From contig CALYOH010000001.1 of the NCBI GenBank assembly GCA_945228905.1, positions 7,464-71,463 on the forward strand: 64,000 nt of DNA. The letters run 5' to 3'. A program made the translations under genes and the position numbers. This document shows positions 29,637-37,241 of this stretch, piece by piece (the first letter of the stretch is position 1; each line of letters opens with the position of its first letter). The DNA comes from an uncultured Bacillales bacterium (GTDB lineage: Bacteria > Bacillota_I > Bacilli_A > RF39 > UBA660). The notes under the pieces are model-generated. The model saw only the letters and a list, made by a program, of their open reading frames with translations. It was not told the DNA's origin and ran no database searches.

Positions 29637-32135
29637 ATGGCAATTAAAATATTAAAAAAGATCTTTGATCATGAATATAAAGAATTAAGAAGATTTGCTA
29701 AAATAGCAGATGAAGTAATGGCTCTAGATGAAGAATATTCAAAGTTAACAGATACAGAACTACAAAATAAAACAAATGAATTCAAAGAAAGATTAGCAAA
29801 TGGAGAAACATTAGAAGATATCTTAGTAGAAGCATTTGCAACTGCAAGAGAAGCATCATTCCGTGTAATAGGAGAAAAACATTTCTATGTACAAATTTTA
29901 GGTGCTTTAGCAATACATTATGGTAATATTGCTGAAATGAAAACAGGTGAAGGTAAAACTTTAACTTCTGTATTACCAGCATACTTAAATGCATTAACAG
30001 GAGAAGGAGTACATATCATTACAGTTAATGAATACCTAGCAGGCCGTGATGCTGAATGGATGGGTGGAATTCATAGATTCTTAGGATTAACTGTAGGAGT
30101 AAATGGAAGAGAATTATCACCACAAGAAAAACAAGAAGCATACAACTGTGATATCTTATATTCAACAAATAATGAAGTTGGATTCGACTACTTAAGAGAT
30201 AACATGGTAGTAAGAAAAGAAGATAGAGTACAAAGAAAATTAAACTTTGCAATTATCGACGAAGTAGACTCTGTACTTATAGATGAAGCAAGAACACCAT
30301 TAATTATTTCTGGTGGAGAAATGAAAAACCAAAATCTATATTTAAGTGCAGATAAATGTGTAAAAAGTCTAAAACAAGAAGAAGACTATATACATGATGA
30401 AAAAGTAAATGCAGTTAACTTAACTGAAAAAGGTGCAGATAAAGTAGAAAAAGCATTCCATATAGATAATCTATATGCAGTAGAAAATGCAACATTACTA
30501 CATTTTATTAATCAATCATTACGTGCAAATTATGCGATGAAAAATGATGTAGATTATGTAGTACAAGATGGAGAAATAGTAATAGTTGATCAATTTACTG
30601 GACGTTTAATGAAAGGTAGAGCTTACTCTGATGGATTACATCAAGCAATAGAAGCAAAAGAAGGAGTAAACATCAATGAAGAAACTAAGACATTAGCAAC
30701 TATTACATTCCAAAACTTATTCAGAATGTATAAGAAATTATCAGGTATGACTGGAACTGCTAAAACAGAAGAAGAAGAGTTTAGAGAAATTTATAACATG
30801 TATGTTATAGAAATCCCGACTAATAAACCAGTTATCCGTATTGATGAAGCAGACTTAGTATATGCAACAAAAGAAGCTAAATATGCAGCAATTGTAAGAG
30901 TCGTTAAAGAAAAATATAAAGCAGGACAACCAGTACTTATAGGTACAATTGCAATTGAAACAAGTGAATTAATAAGTAGTTTATTAAAAAAAGCAGGAAT
31001 ACCTCATGAAGTATTAAATGCTAAGAACCATGCACGTGAAGCAGAAATTATTTCAAAGATTGGTTTAGGTAAATCAGTAACAATCGCAACAAATATGGCT
31101 GGTCGTGGTACAGATATTAAACTATCAGACGAAGTAAAAGCTTTAGGTGGATTATGTGTAATTGGTACTGAAAGACATGAATCACGTCGTATCGATAACC
31201 AATTACGTGGGCGTTCAGGACGTCAAGGAGATCCAGGATATACACAATTCTTCGTATCAATGAAAGATGATTTAATGATTAGATTTGGATCAGATAGAAT
31301 CGCATCAATGATGGAAGGAATGGGTATTGGAGATCAAGCTATTAGAAGTAAAGCGTTCACAAAATCTATTGAATCAGCTCAAAAAAGAGTTGAAGGAAAT
31401 AACTTCGATATAAGAAAGAATTTACTACAATATGATGATGTTATGAATAATCAAAGAACATTAATCTATGAAAAGAGAAATAAAATATTAGATAATGACT
31501 CAATTCATGAAATGGTTCTAACTACATTCAGACATCACGTAGAAGACTTAGTTAAATCACATTTAGCACCAAATGGAGTATTAGATGATGAAGACTATGC
31601 AGATATTGTAGAATTCACAAATGAAAACTTATTAAGAAAAGATATTAAAGTAAAAGATATAGAAGGATTATCAGATAGTGAAGTAATTGATCTATTAAGT
31701 AAAAAAGTAATAGATGAGTATGAATCTAAACTAAAAGGTATTCCACAAGAAGTAACAAATGAATTCGAAAAAGTAATTACACTACAAGTATTAGATAATT
31801 ATTGGATGGAACATATTAATACAATGTCTCACTTAAGAGAAGGTATTCACTTAAGAGGATATGCCCAAGAAGATCCATTAAGAGCTTATACTATGGAAGG
31901 TTATGATATGTTCGAATCTATGTTACAAAAGATAGATAAAGATGTCGCAATCTTCTTACTAAAAGCAGAAATAAGACAAAATATAGAAAGAAAAGAACCA
32001 TCTAAAAAGATGATTACAAACGATTCAGAAGCTGCTGAAGTAAAGAAAAAGCCAGTAAGAAAACAAAAGATTGGTAGAAATGATCCATGTCCATGTGGCA
32101 GTGGAAAAAAATATAAGCAGTGCTGCGGAAAGTAA
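29637..32135 (+). CDS. secA: Preprotein translocase ATPase SecA
   Basis: 'EMKTGEGKTL', 'DEVDSVLIDEARTPLIISG', 'MAGRGTDI', C-terminal SEC-C zinc motif 'CPCGSGKKYKQCCGK'. Confidence 0.97.
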   Translation: MAIKILKKIFDHEYKELRRFAKIADEVMALDEEYSKLTDTELQNKTNEFKERLANGETLEDILVEAFATAREASFRVIGEKHFYVQILGALAIHYGNIAEMKTGEGKTLTSVLPAYLNALTGEGVHIITVNEYLAGRDAEWMGGIHRFLGLTVGVNGRELSPQEKQEAYNCDILYSTNNEVGFDYLRDNMVVRKEDRVQRKLNFAIIDEVDSVLIDEARTPLIISGGEMKNQNLYLSADKCVKSLKQEEDYIHDEKVNAVNLTEKGADKVEKAFHIDNLYAVENATLLHFINQSLRANYAMKNDVDYVVQDGEIVIVDQFTGRLMKGRAYSDGLHQAIEAKEGVNINEETKTLATITFQNLFRMYKKLSGMTGTAKTEEEEFREIYNMYVIEIPTNKPVIRIDEADLVYATKEAKYAAIVRVVKEKYKAGQPVLIGTIAIETSELISSLLKKAGIPHEVLNAKNHAREAEIISKIGLGKSVTIATNMAGRGTDIKLSDEVKALGGLCVIGTERHESRRIDNQLRGRSGRQGDPGYTQFFVSMKDDLMIRFGSDRIASMMEGMGIGDQAIRSKAFTKSIESAQKRVEGNNFDIRKNLLQYDDVMNNQRTLIYEKRNKILDNDSIHEMVLTTFRHHVEDLVKSHLAPNGVLDDEDYADIVEFTNENLLRKDIKVKDIEGLSDSEVIDLLSKKVIDEYESKLKGIPQEVTNEFEKVITLQVLDNYWMEHINTMSHLREGIHLRGYAQEDPLRAYTMEGYDMFESMLQKIDKDVAIFLLKAEIRQNIERKEPSKKMITNDSEAAEVKKKPVRKQKIGRNDPCPCGSGKKYKQCCGK

Positions 32136-32173
32136 GTAATTACAAGGGCTTGCGGGATTTTGAAATTAATTTA

Positions 32174-32190
32174 TAGGGAAGAATAGGGAA
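32174..32190 (+). repeat. Two TAGGGAA iterons at 10-bp phasing, abutting motif pair R1
   Basis: tagggaa at 32174-32180 and 32184-32190, read directly. Confidence 0.85.
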
Positions 32191-32209
32191 TTAGATACCT
32201 TTTAGATAC
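32191..32209 (+). repeat. R1: tandem TTAGATAC-ctt-TTAGATAC, 55 nt after the secA stop
   Basis: Exact 8-mers at 32191-32198 and 32202-32209. Confidence 0.95.
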
Positions 32210-32227
32210 CCTGAAAATTTAATTTTT

Positions 32228-32262
32228 GACACATTATATTTTGCTATGATGTGTCTTTTTTA
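32228..32262 (+). terminator. Rho-independent terminator of secA (downstream of R1)
   Basis: gacacat...atgtgtc stem followed by ttttttat. Confidence 0.8.
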
Positions 32263-32304
32263 TAAAATAGTATGCTATAATTATTAAAGATAGGGAGTAG
32301 TAAT

Positions 32305-33426
32305 ATGTACTCAAACTTTGATGAAATAATACAAAATATGATAACACCAGAAATGAATAGTGAGGAATTCTTAAAACTATTATTAACATCTGAAATGGAT
32401 CCAGTAAAAGGTAAATTAATGTTAACTAAGAATTTTAATTATGATTTAAATTCAAATCATAGTGAAGATTTAAGTTTTTTTGTAAATAATGTTAAATTTA
32501 AAGCAGAAATATTTTTAAAAAGTATAGAAAAATTACCATTAGAAATAATTCAAGAAAACCAAAATGGAATAACTAATAAGACATTTATTTCGTTTATGAA
32601 GTTTTTATCAACAATCTCTCCAGAAAAGTATTGGGAAATGGTAAATTTGAAAAGAGATAAAAATGTTGGAGATGAAAATAAGAAAAAAAGATTTATTGGA
32701 TACTATGAAAGACTACTTGGTGATAAACATGGTTTTGATTTTGATCCAACTTCTATGGCCTGGTATTATTTTAGAAGCTATACAATGTCTCCGGCAAATA
32801 ATGAAAGTTTTCATACAGATGATGTAAAACATAGATTGTATATTGCAATAAATTATGATCAATTAATGAGTTTTACAACAGATTTTATAAGTAAATTAGA
32901 AGAAGTTAATCAACCGTATTTATTAAAAATCAAAAGCTGCAGACCCAGCGGAAAGTGTCCAGAAAATGATATGTTGGTTATTTATGCTGATACTGAAGAA
33001 AGAGTATTAAAATATGTTAATATATTAAATGAAATGATAAAAGGTAACCAAGAATATGAACAGTCAATTCATATTCCATCATCGCATTTAGGAATTATTG
33101 ATGGTAAAATTGGGTATGGTAGAGAATTTGGAAAAGAGTCATCATATTCAGGTGTTGTTGGTGAAATTGGTGGTAAAGTAATAAGAACAGCCTTACGTGA
33201 TGTGTATTATGGAAGAGGACAATCTAGAGATTATTCTAAAAAGGAGATGTTTGAGGTTATACAACATATGAAAATATCATTATCAAGTAGAGATGTTTTT
33301 GAAAATTTTAAAGAAAATTTTTGGGATGAGTTTTATAAAATATGTGAACAAAGAGGATATAATATGGATGAATCTATTTGCGTTGGTGAGAGAGAAGAGC
33401 ATAAAATAGATAGAAAACGGAACTGA
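32305..33426 (+). CDS. Orphan 373-aa cytoplasmic protein, family not confidently recognised
   Basis: Own extended -10 (tgcTATAAT 32273-32281) and RBS agggag. The segment 'HRLYIAINYD...YLLKIKS...NDMLVIYAD' faintly recalls HopA1/LanKC-N-lyase-like proteins (unverified). Confidence 0.6.
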   Translation: MYSNFDEIIQNMITPEMNSEEFLKLLLTSEMDPVKGKLMLTKNFNYDLNSNHSEDLSFFVNNVKFKAEIFLKSIEKLPLEIIQENQNGITNKTFISFMKFLSTISPEKYWEMVNLKRDKNVGDENKKKRFIGYYERLLGDKHGFDFDPTSMAWYYFRSYTMSPANNESFHTDDVKHRLYIAINYDQLMSFTTDFISKLEEVNQPYLLKIKSCRPSGKCPENDMLVIYADTEERVLKYVNILNEMIKGNQEYEQSIHIPSSHLGIIDGKIGYGREFGKESSYSGVVGEIGGKVIRTALRDVYYGRGQSRDYSKKEMFEVIQHMKISLSSRDVFENFKENFWDEFYKICEQRGYNMDESICVGEREEHKIDRKRN

Positions 33427-33438
33427 AGATAGAGAAAT

Positions 33439-33458
33439 TTAGATACCTTATTAGATAC
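33439..33458 (+). repeat. R2: tandem TTAGATAC-ctta-TTAGATAC, 12 nt after the stop of the 373-aa gene
   Basis: Exact 8-mers at 33439-33446 and 33451-33458. Confidence 0.95.
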
Positions 33459-33506
33459 TTTGTTCACTATAAATCCCTATTTATACACATTTCTTCATAG
33501 TGCTTA

Positions 33507-33533
33507 AAGGGAATTATAGGGAAAATAAGGGAT
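33507..33533 (+). repeat. Three (A/T)AGGGA(A/T) iterons at exact 10-bp phasing (plus an inverted TCCCTA at 33474-33479)
   Basis: aagggaa 33507, tagggaa 33517, aagggat 33527. Confidence 0.85.
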
Positions 33534-33587
33534 AAAATATAAAGAAATAAAACAAATTAAAGATTTATAGTGATTGAAATAGTAAAA

Positions 33588-33641
33588 GACACATGTCCAT
33601 GTGGCTCAGGAAAAAAATATAAACAATGCTGTGGTAAATAA
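33588..33641 (+). other. secA' : displaced copy of the secA 3' end (SEC-C motif 'DTCPCGSGKKYKQCCGK*')
   Basis: The 13 terminal codons encode the same peptide as secA 32097-32135 and differ only at synonymous positions. No plausible full gene sits around it. Confidence 0.9.
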
Positions 33642-33697
33642 CAGGAAAACCCGATTTTTGAGCTTTTTATAATATAACATAAACTAAAAAGTTAAAA

Positions 33698-33717
33698 TTA
33701 GATACAAATTTAGATAC
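33698..33717 (+). repeat. R3: tandem TTAGATAC-aaat-TTAGATAC, 56 nt after the secA' stop
   Basis: Exact 8-mers at 33698-33705 and 33710-33717. Confidence 0.95.
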
Positions 33718-33735
33718 ATTTTTTTGAGATTTTTT

Positions 33736-33754
33736 GTATCTAATTTGTATCTAA
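33736..33754 (-). repeat. R3inv: inverted tandem GTATCTAA-ttt-GTATCTAA, forming a 19/20-bp palindrome with R3
   Basis: Reverse complement of R3 minus one spacer T; 18-nt loop between the arms. Confidence 0.95.
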
Positions 33755-33844
33755 AAATATTTTAAAACTATAAAAGTATTGAAAAACAAGGAAAATTTAA
33801 GTTAAGTGACCGCTTTCGCTTTGGTAGTGGTCATTTGTTAATAT

Positions 33845-33873
33845 TTGAAAAATTAAGTAAAATATGTTATAAA
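33845..33873 (+). promoter_or_regulatory. Promoter of the ABC exporter unit
   Basis: TTGAAA (33845-33850), 17 bp, TATAAA (33868-33873) with upstream TG (extended -10). Confidence 0.55.
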
Positions 33874-33905
33874 ATAAGCAATTGAATTTTAAAGGGGGAA
33901 ATAGA

Positions 33906-35672
33906 GTGAAAAAGAATAATTTAACAAAAGTATTGAAAAAAATATATAAATTGTTAGATACAAAACAAAAATTAAGATTTATTTTAATAATTATTATAAT
34001 GATAGTTTCTGCTGCACTTGCTCAAATGACACCCAAAGCAATTGGATGGCTTACAGATGATATATTAACTAAAAACGAAATATCATTCAATAAAGTTATT
34101 CCATTTTTAGTATTTATATTAGTAGTAAATGTAGTAAATGAAGTAATAAAGATATTTAGAAGAGTATTAGTTGAAGATACAGCGACAAGAACAGAAAAGA
34201 AAGCAAGAGGAATGGTAATAAAATCATTATTGATGGCACCATTATCTTATTTTAGAAAAAATATGACTGGAAATATTCATGGAAGGCTTAATAGATGCTT
34301 AGATGGAACTATTAAATTAGAAAAATTATTATTTATGGATTTTGCTCCAGCTATATTTAATGCAGTTGCTGCAATTATAACCATATTCTTAACATTACCT
34401 ATTACACTTGCATTACCAATGTTATTAGTTATTCCAATAGGAGTATATATTGTTTTAAAACAAATTAAGAGTCAAAAAGGTATAAGAGTAGAACTCTTAG
34501 AAAGCAAATCAGGAATGGATGGAACTATTGTTGAACTAATAAATGGAATAGAAGTAATAAGAATTTGTGATAGTTTAGATTTCGAAACGAAAAGATTTGA
34601 CGACAAAGGTGAATTTTTAAGAGCAAAAGAAATGAAACATCATAAAGCCATGGCAATGTATGACTGTTTGAAATTTATTAACCAAGCTATATTTACAGTT
34701 TTAGTAATTGGAATTTCTACATATTTAGCAACTAAGAATATAATATCAGTTGGTGCTGTATTAACTGCATATCTATGTTTCAATCAATTGCTAAGACCAT
34801 TAGAAGAATTGCATAGAATATTTGATGAAGTTTCTGAATGTACAGTTTTAGCAACAGATTTCTTTAAAATGGTAGAAATAGAAAATGACTTTTCATATTT
34901 ACCAATAAATAAAGAATCAGAGAATAAATCAACAAATGAGATTATAAACATGGAAAATATAACTTTCCATTATTCTGAAAATGAAGATAAGATTATTTTA
35001 GATAATTTTAATATTGATATAGAAAAGGGAATGTATCTTGGAATTGCTGGACCATCAGGTTGTGGAAAATCTTCATTGATAAAATCAATTTGTAAATTTG
35101 AAAAAGCTAATGGAACAATAATTGTTGATGATAAAAATATTGATAATTTAACAAGAAAAGATTTATCAAAATTAATAGCATTAGTACCTCAAAGTCCATT
35201 CTTAATTGCAGGAACAATATTTGAAAATATAACATATGGAATTGATAGAGAAGTTTCTATTGAAGAGGTTGAGGAAGCAGCTAGAAGAGCATATATTTAT
35301 GATTATATAAATGGACTTCCAGATAAATTTGATTCACTGGTTTCTGAAGGAGGAAATAATCTATCAGGTGGGCAAAGACAAAGAATTGCTATTGCAAGAA
35401 TATTCTTAAGAAAACCTAAAATACTAATTTTAGATGAAGCAACATCAGCTCTTGATAATACATATGAAAAATATATTCAAGCTGAAATAGAAAAAATGAA
35501 ACAGGAAAATAATACAACAATTATTGCAATTGCACATAGATTAACTACATTGAAAAATTGTGATAGAATTATTGTGCTTAATAAAGGTAAGATTGAAGAA
35601 GATGGAAAATTTGATGATCTTATAGAACAAAATGGAATGTTTAGTGACATGTATTACGGAAAGTTGAATTAA
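33906..35672 (+). CDS. Fused TMD-NBD ABC exporter (MsbA/bacteriocin-exporter type, no C39 peptidase domain)
   Basis: Six-TM N-terminal half. Walker A 'GPSGCGKSS', signature 'LSGGQRQRIAIAR', Walker B 'ILILDEATSALD'. GTG 33906 preferred (RBS aaggggg); TTG 33882 is possible. Confidence 0.88.
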   Translation: MKKNNLTKVLKKIYKLLDTKQKLRFILIIIIMIVSAALAQMTPKAIGWLTDDILTKNEISFNKVIPFLVFILVVNVVNEVIKIFRRVLVEDTATRTEKKARGMVIKSLLMAPLSYFRKNMTGNIHGRLNRCLDGTIKLEKLLFMDFAPAIFNAVAAIITIFLTLPITLALPMLLVIPIGVYIVLKQIKSQKGIRVELLESKSGMDGTIVELINGIEVIRICDSLDFETKRFDDKGEFLRAKEMKHHKAMAMYDCLKFINQAIFTVLVIGISTYLATKNIISVGAVLTAYLCFNQLLRPLEELHRIFDEVSECTVLATDFFKMVEIENDFSYLPINKESENKSTNEIINMENITFHYSENEDKIILDNFNIDIEKGMYLGIAGPSGCGKSSLIKSICKFEKANGTIIVDDKNIDNLTRKDLSKLIALVPQSPFLIAGTIFENITYGIDREVSIEEVEEAARRAYIYDYINGLPDKFDSLVSEGGNNLSGGQRQRIAIARIFLRKPKILILDEATSALDNTYEKYIQAEIEKMKQENNTTIIAIAHRLTTLKNCDRIIVLNKGKIEEDGKFDDLIEQNGMFSDMYYGKLN

Positions 35673-35675
35673 ATT

Positions 35676-35695
35676 TTAGATACAAATTTAGATAC
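35676..35695 (+). repeat. R4: tandem TTAGATAC-aaat-TTAGATAC, 3 nt after the ABC exporter stop, running into its terminator stem
   Basis: Exact 8-mers at 35676-35683 and 35688-35695. Confidence 0.95.
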
Positions 35696-35725
35696 CTTGA
35701 AAAAGAACAATCAAGGTCTTTTTTT
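35694..35725 (+). terminator. Rho-independent terminator of the ABC exporter
   Basis: accttga-10 nt-tcaaggt followed by cttttttt. The stem begins inside R4. Confidence 0.8.
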
Positions 35726-35805
35726 GAAAATATAATTGCATGTATCTATACATTTAAATAAAATAATTGTATAATTAAAATGTAAAATAGAAAGGAGTAA
35801 TTTAA

Positions 35806-36315
35806 ATGGAAGAAAAGAAAAAGAGTAATGTTGGATTAATCGTACTTGTAGTTATTTTATTGCTAGCATGCATAGGAATGGGATGTTATATTGGATATGA
35901 TAAACTATTAAGTGATAATAAGTGTATAATAGAAGAAGATTCAAAGAGTGAAACTAATTCAAAAAATGAAAAACAAACAATCACAGAACAAACACAAACA
36001 AATGAAGAAAGCAATACCACTTCAAGTAAGGTAAGATGTTATGGAACATATTATGTAAATGGAGATAAAAATAGCGGAGTATACACACTAAAAGAAGATG
36101 GCACATGGAATGTTGAAAATGGTGAACAATATGGAGTATTTACTATAAATGAAAATACAATTACTATGATCGAAGAAAAACATACAGTTGGTCCTAGAGA
36201 AGAAGATCCATATTATTATAATCCAAAGAGTTATTTAATCTCAGATGATTGTTCTAAAATAAGATTAACTGAATCTGGAAGTCATACATCTGCTACTCTA
36301 AATAAAGTAAATTAA
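35806..36315 (+). CDS. Small membrane-anchored/secreted protein, unknown function
   Basis: 169 aa. N-terminal TM 'VGLIVLVVILLLACIGMGCYIG', Ser/Thr/Glu-rich linker, then a globular C-terminus. RBS aaaggag. Confidence 0.55.
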   Translation: MEEKKKSNVGLIVLVVILLLACIGMGCYIGYDKLLSDNKCIIEEDSKSETNSKNEKQTITEQTQTNEESNTTSSKVRCYGTYYVNGDKNSGVYTLKEDGTWNVENGEQYGVFTINENTITMIEEKHTVGPREEDPYYYNPKSYLISDDCSKIRLTESGSHTSATLNKVN

Positions 36316-36328
36316 AAAACAATTAAAT

Positions 36329-36353
36329 AAAGACTATTTTAAATAGTCTTTTT
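36329..36353 (+). terminator. Rho-independent terminator of the small membrane protein gene
   Basis: aaagactat-tttaa-atagtcttt followed by tt. Confidence 0.75.
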
Positions 36354-36359
36354 AGATAA
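36352..36359 (+). repeat. Single degenerate motif copy TTAGATAA (7/8)
   Basis: Immediately follows the terminator stem. Confidence 0.5.
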
Positions 36360-36414
36360 CTATATTGTTCAAAAAACGAAAAACATTGCAAAATATATGA
36401 AGAATACAGCAGTT

Positions 36415-36453
36415 GGCAGTGGAAAAAAATATAAACAATGTTGTGGTAAATAA
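36415..36453 (+). other. secA'' : second displaced, shorter copy of the secA 3' end ('GSGKKYKQCCGK*')
   Basis: 13 codons encode a peptide identical to the secA terminus with only synonymous differences. The upstream CPC codons are lost. Followed by the hairpin atctcgt...acgagat. Confidence 0.85.
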
Positions 36454-36534
36454 TCTCGTTTTTCCTTATAATAAAGGAATTACGAGATTTTTCTTTGCTC
36501 AACATTATGTGAAATTTTTACCAAAAAAAGGCGG

Positions 36535-36553
36535 TTAGATACGTTTTAGATAT
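36535..36553 (+). repeat. R5: tandem TTAGATAC-gtt-TTAGATAT, 81 nt after the secA'' stop
   Basis: 8/8 at 36535-36542 and 7/8 at 36546-36553. The second copy runs into the palindrome atatgtttttt/aaaaaacatat. Confidence 0.9.
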
Positions 36554-36588
36554 GTTTTTTCTTAAAAAACATATTAAATCGTCTAAAT

Positions 36589-36608
36589 AAAATAACAAAC
36601 GTTATTTT
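36589..36608. promoter_or_regulatory. Putative TetR operator 1 (AAAATAAC-aaac-GTTATTTT)
   Basis: 20-bp site with 8-bp inverted arms, identical to the copy at 36643-36662. Lies just upstream of the -35. Confidence 0.6.
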
Positions 36609-36612
36609 TACA

Positions 36613-36641
36613 TTGACAAATATTGTAAAGTAGTGTATATA
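36613..36641 (+). promoter_or_regulatory. Promoter of the TetR-methyltransferase operon
   Basis: TTGACA (36613-36618), 17 bp, TATATA (36636-36641). Confidence 0.65.
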
Positions 36642-36642
36642 C

Positions 36643-36662
36643 AAAATAACAAACGTTATTTT
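36643..36662. promoter_or_regulatory. Putative TetR operator 2, covering the predicted transcription start
   Basis: Exact repeat of the 20-bp site at 36589-36608. Confidence 0.6.
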
Positions 36663-36684
36663 ATATATTTTTGAGGTGATGTTT

Positions 36685-37239
36685 ATGGCGAGAACTATTA
36701 AATTTTCTAAAGAAGATATATTGGAAAAGAGTGTTGAATTTATAAAGAAAAAAGGTTACTCTAATCTAACAGTTAGAGAACTTGCTAAATATATAGGATG
36801 TTCAACACAGCCAATATTTAAAAATTATGAAAACTTTGATATGTATAAAGAGAATCTTAAATTCTATTTAAGGAAAGATTACTCATCATTTATTCGTAAG
36901 TATATAGATATAAAAGATTATTTATATACAATAAGTTATGCATATGCTTTTTATGCAAAAAAAGAACCAAATGTATTCTTTTCATTATTTATGGCAGATC
37001 TTGCTGGTTCTAGAACAGTAAGTGAAGTATTAAATACTGATAGAAACAAGGAAACTATTAATGCAATGGTAAAACAATATAAAATATCTTTAGAAGATGC
37101 AAAAAAAATATACCGTGAAGTAAGATTCTATACTCATGGTATCGCAACACAATTATGTGTTAATAGTATTAAATTAACTGATAAAGAAATCAAAGATTTA
37201 ATTAAAAATAATATAGAAATTAACTTAAGGGGGATATAA
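36685..37239 (+). CDS. TetR/AcrR-family transcriptional regulator
   Basis: N-terminal HTH 'GYSNLTVRELAKYIGCSTQPIFKNY'. ATG 36685 lies 7 nt after gaggtg. Confidence 0.8.
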   Translation: MARTIKFSKEDILEKSVEFIKKKGYSNLTVRELAKYIGCSTQPIFKNYENFDMYKENLKFYLRKDYSSFIRKYIDIKDYLYTISYAYAFYAKKEPNVFFSLFMADLAGSRTVSEVLNTDRNKETINAMVKQYKISLEDAKKIYREVRFYTHGIATQLCVNSIKLTDKEIKDLIKNNIEINLRGI

Positions 37240-37241
37240 TT

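Noticed and set aside
33570-33641. Possible 23-codon mini-gene (GTG start) encoding a free SEC-C peptide 'VIEIVKDTCPCGSGKKYKQCCGK'
   Set aside because: It has no RBS or promoter, and the context fits a displaced secA 3' end better than an independent gene. Kept as a feature of type 'other'.
36323-36505. Minus-strand 60-aa ORF spanning the secA'' fragment
   Set aside because: It overlaps a terminator and the displaced secA 3' copy in antisense, has no RBS, and is most likely spurious.
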